Source: Azolla caroliniana
Taxonomy: Eukaryota; Plantae; Polypodiophyta
DNA: 64,000 nucleotides
Reading direction: 5' to 3'
NCBI GenBank assembly: GCA_043228905.1
Contig: JBHGNT010000015.1
Span: 10,478,001-10,542,000, forward strand
A program made the position numbers and the translations under genes. Numbering within the stretch: the first letter of the stretch is position 1; each line of letters begins with the position of its first letter. Shown one piece after another: positions 1-10,500 of this stretch. The notes under the pieces were generated by a model, which ran no database searches, had not been told where the DNA came from, and saw nothing but the letters and a program-made list of their open reading frames with translations.

Positions 1-670
1 GTCAGTACCGTATGCACCGGCGGTAGGCTCTTTGATGTACGCGATGGTCGCGACACGGCCTGATATTTCTCATGCCGTAGGAGTCATCACAATCCCGGCC
101 GATCGCACTGGAACGCAGTCAAGCATGTGTTCAGATATTTAGCTGGCACAAAAGACCACGGTATCCTTTTCGGTCCGAACTCAACTTCAGGCGTAGCCAG
201 TTACACAGACTCAAACTTCGCCGGCTGCGTGGACGGTCGCAAGTCAACAACCGGATATTGCTTTAAATTCGGCAATGGAGCAATCTCGTGGAAGTCGAAA
301 CTTCAGGAGTGCACAGCCACCTCAACGACCGAAGCAGAATATGTAGCTGCCTCCGACGCAGCGAAAGAAGCTTTATGGCTCGGTCGGCTGGCGCACACGT
401 TTCAGCAAGTCGACTCCAACTTGGCTCCAGTTGTCTACAGCAACAGTCAGAGTGTTGTTGCTTTGTCGAAAAATCCGGTTCATCACAACGCCTCCAAGCA
501 TATCGAAGTTTGATATCACTTCGTTTGAGACTGCGTCATTTCTGGGAAAATTGGTTTAGAGAAGATATCCAAAACCGACAATGTCGCAGATGGAATGACC
601 AAGTGTCTTTCGGCAGACCGGTTCCGGTCTCTTTGGCAACAGATGGGCGTAACAACATATTGGTCTGGTT
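1..670 (+). pseudogene. Ty1/copia pol 3' end (RT end + RNase H), disrupted by stops and indels
   Basis: ORF 127-513 has YTDSNFAG..DGRKSTTGY..GAISWKSKLQ..STTEAEY..H..SKHI, the copia RNase H motifs. It continues in frame past stops to ADGMTK. Closely similar to the minus-strand element at 57185-62574. Confidence 0.92.
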
Positions 671-865
671 GAAACCGGACACAGTGCAGGATGGTTTCGG
701 ACAACAGACATCGGTTCACTGACGATCGGCTTCAGCTTTTCCGACCCGACCAGTTCGATCTTCTGTCTACGGATCAGGCCAATTCGAACAAACCTGACCT
801 GTCCGAGAACCTATGTCTATACCTGTATTTTTAGATAACCCATGTATACGCCCATTACGGGGGAG

Positions 866-1186
866 TGTCGAATACAAATGTATAATGGACGTATTCACAC
901 TATTCTCTTAGAGAGCCCAAGTTCGGGCTATTTCTGTAAATAACATAAAGGGCAGTTGCCCTATGTGAATCACTATATAAAGTGACTTTGTAACCTTTTG
1001 TAAAGGTTGGTTGTTCATTGTTGTAATTGTTGCCCTTTTATGAATATAGATATATGCTTTGTGCCTCTCTCTCTCTCTCTCCCTGCACGTATTTTGTTCT
1101 TGCTTCTCTCATACGCAGGTACTTCTTCCTCACAGATTCATACTGTGTGATCTCTTCCGCACTGACGGCTTTGTTCATTCCCTACA
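866..1186 (+). repeat. 3' LTR of copia element
   Basis: Polypurine tract ACGGGGGAG directly before TGTCGAAT at 866; ends CCCTACA. Matches the reverse complement of the LTRs at 57185-57493 and 62261-62574. Confidence 0.85.
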
Positions 1187-2322
1187 ACGGTTGCCAATAT
1201 GTGAGACTGAGAAGGTTCGGTGTTTGCACTACAATGGCTTGACCTTGACTTCAAGGAACTCAAATGTGGGTTGCTACAAAAAAATTGGTTGCATTTTTCC
1301 ATCATCCCCGTATGCACCATAATTTCAATTTACATATGGATTCAGCATCTCTAGGTTTTTGGTGTTGGATGTACGACATTTTTGGTCACCGAAATCAACA
1401 TCACATAGCTTGTGATCTTAGAAACATTTTGTGGATGGAAATTTGTGTAATTTAAAGTTTTAAGCATATGCTCAAAACATGTTTTTGGTGTTTTCATCAT
1501 GCTTGAAATTTTTGGTGGATAAAATTTTGATGTTCGAAATGACACCTTGTTGAAATACATTGGGAAGACAAAGATTTGAGAGAGCTTTAAATTTTATGGT
1601 GGAAGTTCTATATATTTCAAAGTCAGAGATTTTGATGTCAAAAAAAAAAATTGCACTTAGAAGAGTTTTGAAGTTTTTGATTGCAGGATTTGAGTCAGGC
1701 TCCTGTCCTTCATCGGTTGGGTGCCTGCTCCTAGTGATAGAGGCTGTCATAGTTAGGCTCTTGGTCAACTTTTTTGATGGCGTACTTTTTTTGGCTAAAG
1801 ATCGGATGGTGCACCGTTTATGGCCGTGATTCCCTCGTCAAGCCTCGTTATGATTTGGGTGCAAATAGACACGAGGGAGGGGAAGAGTGTGTCTATGTGT
1901 TAACGAAGTATGGTATGTAAATGAAGGATAACGAGGAGGAGGGCTTTTGTCTTTGTATTTTTTCACTTTTTCTTTCATATTGGTTACTTTTTAAGTGTAT
2001 GTACTTGTAGGGATCGACAACGGCTCGGCTCAAGCCTAAACCGTTTGGCTTAGCCGGCTTATAAAACGGCTTAGCGGCTTAGCGGCTTGGCTTGGCTCGG
2101 TTTAGGCTTGAGCCTGCCTTAACGGTTTGAGCTCGGCTCGGCTTGGCTTGAGCCTCGCCAAACCGGCTTGAGCCGGCTAAGCCGTTTAAGTGATTTAATT
2201 AGTAATTACTAGTAACTACAGTTTATTACTAAAGTCTAAGTTCTAACTTCTAATTAGTCAAGAGTCTAAGTTCTAACTAGTAATTGAAGTTAAAATCGTT
2301 GCCAGCCACAATCGGTTGTACG

Positions 2323-2775
2323 TGTGCGGAATAATAGTCAATCTAATGGAAAGGAAACATAGAATACAGAAACTGAGAATGACACAGATTTTAACATGGA
2401 AACCCGAACTGGGAAAAACCACGTGGAGTCCACAAACTCCGAACATAACACTATGAGAGAAAGGAATACTATCAGAGATCTCAGAGGCAACGACCTCGAG
2501 ATCCTACTTCGCCAACCGGCGGCTATGGAGCTCACACACTTCCACTCACACTCGTTCACTCTCACAGTTACGGAGGCAACAACCTCGTCAACAGTAACTT
2601 TTCAACAACGCACATATCTAACATCATTGCCCTAAGTACTTATATACCTTTCGACTATTTACAAGTTTAGCCTTCCGTGTTGGCTATCTCCACGATTTCC
2701 GGATTCGGCCTCGGCCGAGTTGCTCATCAACACGATTCTTCTCACTTCCCATCCGGAGGGACCTATTTCCTAACA
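2323..2775 (-). repeat. Probable solo LTR inside the hAT 5' region
   Basis: TG...TAACA ends. Internal segments (CTCAGAGGCAACGACCTCGAG, GGAAACCC...AAAACCACG) match the reverse complement of the LTRs at 44000-44402 and 54171-54566. TSD is imperfect, so the left boundary is approximate. Confidence 0.6.
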
Positions 2776-2958
2776 GTAGTCAGTAGTCACGAGTCATGAG
2801 TCTATTGTCTACAGTGTACTGTGTACACACAGACTCCAAACTGACGACTTAGGTATTAGGTAATAAGAATTTAGTCTCTCAACACAGACAGATGACTCAG
2901 ACTTAGGTAATAGGACTCTCGACATAGACAGTGACCAGTCCATCGACACAGGTGCGCA

Positions 2959-3012
<54 letters not shown>

Positions 3013-4387
3013 CTGCGACTCTGCTGCATAGTAGATACTAGAAAGTGGAAGACGACAACTTGTTGTTGCCGCCTGCGTGCATTGCGCAACCCCAGCCCCC
3101 AACTTCCAAGCCTACAAAGTGCATATCTCCATCTATTTGACAAAGCCTACAAGTAAGATTCACATAATTTCACAATATAATTATGCACATATATGAATAA
3201 TGATATAGACTATAGTCAATTTAAAATTACTTTACCTCAAGGCTCATATGAAGTATTAAGTAATACCCACAATCATTGTCACTACAATGTAGACATATAT
3301 GAAGTAAGATTCACAATATAATTATGCTCATATATGAATAATGATATAGTCAAATTGAGCCACAATGTGGCACAATGTAATAACTCATTATTAGACTGTA
3401 GGACATTTCAAAAGAATTCATTATCTTTTATACCCAAAATTTTATAGGTACAGTAACATACATTGATATGGAAGAGGTAACATCAATATCAGCCCCTAGA
3501 GGCAAAACAAAGGCAAGAAAAAGAACTTCATGGACCGAGCAACACATGATCTCCATTAAGGACGGAGATGCATATAAGCGTCGATGTGCCTATTGTCACT
3601 TATTGTGGGCAAGCTCTACATCTACAAGTTCTATCACCAAGCATTTATTAGATAAGCATAATATTAATAGCACATCACAACCACAAACTTCTAGCAATGT
3701 TCTTGTCCAAAGTAACATAGATGCTACTTCATCTACATTAACTATATCTCGTACTCTAGAGAAGAAGTTTGATAGTACTGTTGTTAGATACATAGTCACA
3801 TCAATGCTACCTCATGCACATATTGAGTCTTCTAGTTTTAAGAGATTAATGCATGAAGTCTTGCCCACTTATCAACTTAAATCATCTCGTACACTTAAGA
3901 GATTAGTGTTACGAATGTATGTTGTTCTTCGCCATTTAGTTATTACTTATTTGTCCTCACAAAATTTTAGATATGCTATAACATTTGATAGGTGGACAAA
4001 CAACAATTTGAAAGGATTTTATCCCGTGACTTTACATTTTGTTTGTTTCGAGTCTACTAAGCCGGCTAGTGTGCTTTTAGACTTCCTAGATGTCTTTCCA
4101 GGAGATGGGGTAGGAAAACGTGTCGGAAAAGCTTTATTCTCCCGTCTAAAATCATTTAATATCTCTTCACGTCTTCTATCTACAACTTCTGACGGTGCTA
4201 GTGAATCTCTAGTTGCATCAAAAGAATTAGCTAGGTTATTACTTTGTCATCATGGACAAGACATTTTACAATCATCACATATGTTAAGATGCATGGTGCA
4301 TACATATCAACTAGGTGTAAAGTCTACATTAGAAGTTATTACTCCTACTATGAAGTTAAGGAAGACATTACATTCTATACGCACAAG

Positions 4388-5049
4388 TAGGGATCGACAA
4401 CGGTTCGGTTTAGGCTTAGCCGGTTTGGCCTGATCCAAGCCAAACCGGCTAAGCCTAAACTGTTTACAGGATCTCAAACCTCTGAGCCGAGCCGAGCCGA
4501 GCCAAGCCGGTTCACAAACCAGTTTAGGCTAAACCGGTTTAGCATTGTGAACCGGTTTGGTAAACGGCTTGGAAACCGGTTTAGAAACCTCCCTCTCTCT
4601 CTCTCTCTCCTTACCTCCCTCTCTCTCTCAGATGATCCACTATATACTATACATTGTACAAGCTCTCCCTCCCACTCTCTCTCACGTCTGTAGTCTCGAC
4701 TCTCTCCCTCTCTCTTTCTCTCTCTCTCTCTCCTTATATGTTGTCTCCCTCCCTCTGTCTCTCTCTCCTCGTCTATGTAGTTCTCCCTCCCTCACTCTCT
4801 CTCTCTCTCTTTCCCCTTGTCTGTTGTCTCTCTCCCCCTCTCTAAAGTTTATAAATGGCTTAAACAGTTTATCCGGCTTAGCCAACTTGAGCCGGTTTGG
4901 CGAGGCTCAAGCCAAGCTGAGCCGAGCTCAAACCGTTAAGGCAAGTTCAAGCCTAAACCGAGCCGAGCCAAGCCGCTAAGCCGCTAAGCCGTTTTCAAGC
5001 CGGCTAAGCCAAACGGCTTAGGCTTGAGCCGAGCCGTTGTCGATCCCTA
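4388..5049 (-). mobile_element. Non-autonomous hAT (MITE-like) of the same family, inserted in opposite orientation
   Basis: TIRs TAGGGATCGACAACGG and CCGTTGTCGATCCCTA; perfect 8-bp TSD CGCACAAG (4380-4387, 5050-5057). Its ends match the reverse complement of the outer element's ends. CT-rich core. Confidence 0.95.
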
Positions 5050-6896
5050 CGCACAAGTAAAGTGAGTAGAGCTATATTTAAAAAATATTCAAAAACCATG
5101 CATGAGAATGGAGAACATGAACCACCATGTGTAGATTGCATTACTAGATGGAATTCAACCCTAATAATGTATCAACAATCCCTAAAATTAAGAGATGTCT
5201 TGATTTGTACCACAAGTGACAATGTCACTACTAATGAGTTTGTGGACCATACACTCTCCATAGAAGATTGGAGTCATATACAAAGTATGGAAAAATGGTT
5301 GCTTGTGCCTGCTAAAATTTGTAATTACTTGAGTGGGTCAAAGTATCCGACCCTCTCAATAGTCGTGCATGAATTCAACAACTTATTAGCACATTGTAAT
5401 AAATATATTTCTATGGATATGAACTCGGTTGATTCATCCTCCGAGAAGATTACACTTCAAGTGCAACAAGAGGCTAGTAACAAATGCTTACAATATCTAA
5501 TCAAGTACCAAGAATCCTTGAAATCTATTCCATCTCGAATCGCAATGTTTGTTGACCCGAGGTACTAATGTTTTTAATTGAAAATTCCCCTTTTTTAATC
5601 TTTCTTTCTTACTAATAGTGTCTTTTGTTTGAGTGCAGAATTCCAAAACCACCTAATCCATTTGAGAGAGACCTCGATATAGAATTGGTGCAAAGTTTCT
5701 TGACAACCCAATATCATGATCCTAATGTCGAAGATTCTCTATTCGAAGATGTATGTGAAGGATCTCCGTTTGATTTTTTGGATATTTGGGATATGAACAA
5801 TGACAAATCTCATGAATCATCAACTCAGACAAAAATTGAAGGTTTCTTGAAGGTTCCACGAGTGAAGAGTATCGTAGACCCTCTACATTGGTGGTCTACC
5901 AACAGGTTTCAAGCTATATTGCATCATGTTGTATTAAACAAATTTGTTATTGTTGGTAATTAATGAACACATTTTGATAGTATCTTCTTTTATGATTTGA
6001 AACAAATCCATATTTCTTTTTCTTTTTCTTTTCCAAAAAAAAACTTCTTCCATTAGTTATAAAATTTTGCAAATGAGACGATTATGTACAAATCCCTAAA
6101 GGGACGCGATAGTTCCATCTTATGTGGATGCCCACTAACTCAAGAAAGGGAGAGGACGACCATTGTTGGATGAAGGTTATGCGTTGTCTTTCAACTCCCT
6201 CGGAGCCGCCCTCAAGGCCATCATATTGGCTCTTCAGAGTGGCTACACTTTCACTCCATATCTCTTGCAGTAACCTTGTTGGATGGGTGGTTAATAGATC
6301 CATTTTTCCAAGGATGTATAAAATGGCATGCGATTATTTGGCTATTCCAGTTTCATCAGTGCCTTCAGAGGAAGCTAACTCCGAAGCTCGTGATAACTTC
6401 GAAGATAAGCAACGGTTGCATTCATGCACTTTCAAGGCAGAGATGTGCATACAATCTTGGATAGATCTACTTGATAGTGTTAATATTCCAATTGCTAAAG
6501 ATATTAATGATGCATATGATACTTTAAATATCAATTTAAACACGTTCGCGTTCACAAGTGGAAGGATCGCGCATAAATGGAAGGATAAGGGAAATTTTAG
6601 GGGTTTTTCAATGATTTTACAAAACACATTGATACCAGTATCATACAAGTTCAAACATACTATGAAAAAGGTTAAAAATCCACTATTTTCGTGATTTAGA
6701 AGTAACTAAAAAAAGACGAATTTCAAAAACATACATTCTCAATTTATATCACAAACTTTACAACCAATGTTATTTTATAAGAAACGATTTTTGGGAAATC
6801 ATAAGAATTCAAAACACATGATTTTATATTACTCGATTTGTTACAAGCGGAATGTAGTTACACTTAATAGCCAAATATACATTCATGATCACTCCT

Positions 6897-9677
6897 TTAC
6901 GGAGAATCACTACTATAACTAATATACAATGACGATTCCTCCTCATCATCCTCGGATGTACCAATCAGTGCATTATCTTCGTCATAAACCAAATGGTTTG
7001 ACTCTAGATTATATGTAGCAGATCTCGTTTGCCTTTGACTCGAGCCACCTTGTAGACCTGGTAATTTTTCTTTTATTATATCTATTGTTGACTTCCTTAA
7101 TCGTCCGGCTTTTGTAAGTGTGAAGTCGTACACGATGATATCCACATCAGAGATATCAAGGGTCGAGGTGTTACGAATGTTTCGCTTCCTCTTCCTACCT
7201 CCCCTTCTTGTTTGGCATTCAATCATCTCCAATGTATACTTACCTGTAAAAGCATTTGCACTTCTAGTGTTGTACCAATGAACATTTATAGACTTGATCG
7301 TGTTATCTATTTCATGCATTAGCACTTCTAGAATTTTACCAACCCAAAATTGGTGGCCATGTGAGTTCTCATCAGCCGGCGTTGCAATCAACATCCCCGC
7401 GGTGAGCTCTTGCAAATTTCCTTGCCATCTAGCTTCGGCTGCTTTGGTCATCCTTGGTCCCACATAAATGTCTCTTTGTTGTGGATGGACCAAGCTGTCA
7501 TTAATCGCATTTACTAGTCGCTCCGGACTTCTATTTACGCGATCATGTTGCAGCGACCATGTGAATGGCGTTTCCAAATTCCAATTATCAACAGATACAC
7601 AATTGTCTATAATTTCTTTCTGATCACTATAAAATACATCCCACCATGACGTGTCTTGTTGTGCGGCATATTTCTTGGCGGCCTCAATATGTTTTCTTTT
7701 TTCTTCTAAGGCTTGGAGCCATGACCGTTTTTGTTCTAATACCAAGTCGCTCTGCAACTGTCCTTTCTTCTCAATTGGCATTTGCTTAGCTCCATGGACA
7801 ATTGTACTCGGCATACAAAGTAATAACTGGCAACCACCTTCAGGTTCCCATGTTGTAGAAGATGAATATTGTTTAGCATACAAAAGTGTAGAACCACTTA
7901 TTCCATTTTTCTTTATCAAAAAAATGTGATTGAAACTTATATTGTTTAACTGAGCAAGCACTTTAACATTCCCACCACCCCCATCTAATATATATCTCTT
8001 AAAGTCATATACCTCCTTCAAGTGTAACACTTTTGGGCGTGGTGTATATGCATCACAAATGACATCAAATAGTTTAGGTAAAGTGAAAGCATCATGCCGA
8101 GACAACTGTCTGGAGAATGTGCTAAACATCTGATCTATATGGTCATGTGTGTGGCCAACCAAAAGGAAATTGACTTTCACTTTCCTAAACAATTCTAGGT
8201 TGACCAACATACTTAGATAGCCAAATACAGTTGAATTTTTGTTCTCTCTAGCAGTATTGTCCAATTGAATGTATAGAACAGGGGGGAAAGGTTGTCCCCA
8301 AGACATCAAAACTCGGTGAATCACTGTAACTGTTAGGTTAGGGTCATTGTGAACATTGGGGTAAGTAATGAAGACGTGAGGTCGAACAGACCTATTATAA
8401 GCCAAGCATCCCACCAAGTGCATTTGAACAAGGCACTCATCATTGACATCTTTGGGGAGCCTCCGCATATGCGGCAAGCATGTCTTCTTCTGGTCCATGC
8501 CATCTATCATTAAGCACATGTATTGTTCAGGCCTCTTCAAACACTTCTCTCTATGATGCATCGCCTTCCTTCGTTCTAAGGATTGTGCCTCGCGATGCTC
8601 TTGTAGTAACTTCTTACTCGTATCCTTTTCCATTGATGTCTTTGCACCTTTAGCCAAACTTTTAAGATTTGCACAAATGGAGCAATAACCCATACGTACT
8701 TTACGAGGAATAATAACATTTGAAAACCGAGCTCTCCATAATCTTGTGAATTGGCTATAGGTGATAGACTTATTACGTGAGCCCAGCATTTCAGATCGAT
8801 AGACATCATAAACTTCCCGACGGGTATAATTATCAGAAAGATGCATCCTACCTGTAGTGGGCATTACTTCACAATTTAACTGAAAGTAAGTTTTCATCCA
8901 GCCAATAGCTAGTCTTCCAATTGCACCTTTCATACTTGGAACCTCTTTACAATTGAGCATCTGATCCCCGCTAAGTAGACGTTGTTGTACTCTATGTAGC
9001 CGCATGTTACTAACACATAACACAATTTTGAATGCAACTCTACATATCTGTTGCGCATGGAAGATATAATACTCGAATGATACTTTGATCCCCGTACATT
9101 TGTCAGATACTAGTTGCATATGTGATCCGAGGTAAGTGTCTTGCTCATCACCGGTCATCGAAAAATAGTATCGCCTTAATTCTCGCAACTTTGATTTTCC
9201 AATCATAGACATACAACCACGGGCACAACATATTTTGTTGACATCAAATCCAATCTGTTTATCTGATGTCACCAAGCTAAATCTAGCCAGACGAATTCTT
9301 CGTGGGATTCTTCTAATATGCATAGGGCTCCCAGATTTCTCTTCCTGCATAGAGGTTGGTGTAACCTTGTTACAGTCTAATTCTCTGTTCTGACCATCGC
9401 CAATGTTATTCAATGTTTCCTGGGCACTTCCTTCATTCCCGGTATCTTTATTAATATCGTATTCTTCAATAGAGAACTCTTCACATGTGTCATTATTTGC
9501 ATTCCCTGTAGATGAGCTCAGACAATATTCTTCGATAGAATATGGTGAGTCGATCGAAAGACAATATTCTTCAATCGAATATGGTGACTCTGTTGATAAA
9601 CAATACTCTTCAGTAGAAAACGATGTGTCTGATGACAAACAATATTCTTCAATCGAGAACGGTGAATCTTCACTCAT
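6897..9677 (-). CDS. 926-aa DDD-type transposase, Sola/DUF7869-like
   Basis: Intronless ORF. Cys-rich segment (CCARGC), C..C motif (YCSIC), then MIDGMDQ...QLDNTARENKN...FLLVGHTHDHIDQMFS, a putative D-D-D triad in an RNase H fold. Lies within TIRs. Superfamily label is from motif recall. Confidence 0.85.
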   Translation of the reverse strand: MSEDSPFSIEEYCLSSDTSFSTEEYCLSTESPYSIEEYCLSIDSPYSIEEYCLSSSTGNANNDTCEEFSIEEYDINKDTGNEGSAQETLNNIGDGQNRELDCNKVTPTSMQEEKSGSPMHIRRIPRRIRLARFSLVTSDKQIGFDVNKICCARGCMSMIGKSKLRELRRYYFSMTGDEQDTYLGSHMQLVSDKCTGIKVSFEYYIFHAQQICRVAFKIVLCVSNMRLHRVQQRLLSGDQMLNCKEVPSMKGAIGRLAIGWMKTYFQLNCEVMPTTGRMHLSDNYTRREVYDVYRSEMLGSRNKSITYSQFTRLWRARFSNVIIPRKVRMGYCSICANLKSLAKGAKTSMEKDTSKKLLQEHREAQSLERRKAMHHREKCLKRPEQYMCLMIDGMDQKKTCLPHMRRLPKDVNDECLVQMHLVGCLAYNRSVRPHVFITYPNVHNDPNLTVTVIHRVLMSWGQPFPPVLYIQLDNTARENKNSTVFGYLSMLVNLELFRKVKVNFLLVGHTHDHIDQMFSTFSRQLSRHDAFTLPKLFDVICDAYTPRPKVLHLKEVYDFKRYILDGGGGNVKVLAQLNNISFNHIFLIKKNGISGSTLLYAKQYSSSTTWEPEGGCQLLLCMPSTIVHGAKQMPIEKKGQLQSDLVLEQKRSWLQALEEKRKHIEAAKKYAAQQDTSWWDVFYSDQKEIIDNCVSVDNWNLETPFTWSLQHDRVNRSPERLVNAINDSLVHPQQRDIYVGPRMTKAAEARWQGNLQELTAGMLIATPADENSHGHQFWVGKILEVLMHEIDNTIKSINVHWYNTRSANAFTGKYTLEMIECQTRRGGRKRKRNIRNTSTLDISDVDIIVYDFTLTKAGRLRKSTIDIIKEKLPGLQGGSSQRQTRSATYNLESNHLVYDEDNALIGTSEDDEEESSLYISYSSDSP
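9465..9670 (-). repeat. Coding tandem repeat: 4 x 39 bp plus a degenerate fifth, encoding (F/Y)SIEEYCLS
   Basis: Visible in the transposase N-terminus and in DNA as repeated ACAATATTCTTC(A/G)AT. Confidence 0.85.
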
Positions 9678-10350
9678 GGCTTAAGGTCTAGATAGGGCTC
9701 TCTAAGTTATACTCCTCTCTAACCATATACTCCTCCCTAAACATAAACTTCTCTCTAAACAAAAGCCAAATCACTAGAATGTCTATATTATGTAATATTC
9801 TATTAAAATACAATACATCTAAAAATTATTTTTAATAAAGTAATTTAACTTAAATTATCAATCATTATATAAACTAGATCTAAATGATGTTAAATCAAGT
9901 AAAATATAAAACTAATCATTAACAAGCCTTGAATATGTTGGATTCATGTTAAAATCATTGGCTAATTAATGACACCCATTTTGATATAGAACGTCTCACT
10001 CATTGATTCTTTAAGGCTCACCATTTTAATTATTAGACTTATCAATCATTGGTTAATTCATGCCCACATCTTTAATACATAACTATTGAGAGTCATAAAA
10101 ATTTTTGCTTTTAGTAATCAATCATTGGTACATTCATGAACCTCTATCATTGTCTCCTTCATAACCTTTGAAGTGATTGTAGGTTGTTATGAGTATAAAA
10201 GATTGATCAATATATTAGTTTGACTTTGTAATCATTAATACAATCATAAGTTACTATAGTTAATGTGACTATGGTTACAAACTAACTATCCTCAAAGTTA
10301 CCAACATTGGTTAAGATGACTATGGTTACTTTAACCATGGGTTCAATCCC

Positions 10351-10358
10351 TATAAATA
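10351..10358 (+). promoter_or_regulatory. TATA box of the ParB-methyltransferase gene
   Basis: CCTATAAATAGG about 25-30 nt upstream of a pyrimidine/CA initiator-like tract (~10377-10383) and 150 nt upstream of the ATG at 10501. Confidence 0.6.
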
Positions 10359-10384
10359 GGAAGACCTCATCATATTTCACTCAC

Positions 10385-10450
10385 CAGAGCGTACAGAGCG
10401 TACAGAGCACTCAGAGCACACAGAGCACACAGAGCACACAGAGCACTCAA
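10385..10450 (+). repeat. 9-bp tandem repeat (CAGAGCACA-type, ~7 copies) in the predicted 5' UTR
   Basis: cagagcgta cagagcgta cagagcact cagagcaca cagagcaca cagagcaca cagagcact read directly from the sequence. Confidence 0.9.
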
Positions 10451-10500
10451 GGCACAAAGCACGAAAGCGCGATCTCCGCCTCCACACAACACGATCAACC

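Noticed and set aside
1190-1830. Short ORFs between the LTR and the hAT
   Set aside because: No recognisable motifs or consistent splice structure; left unannotated.
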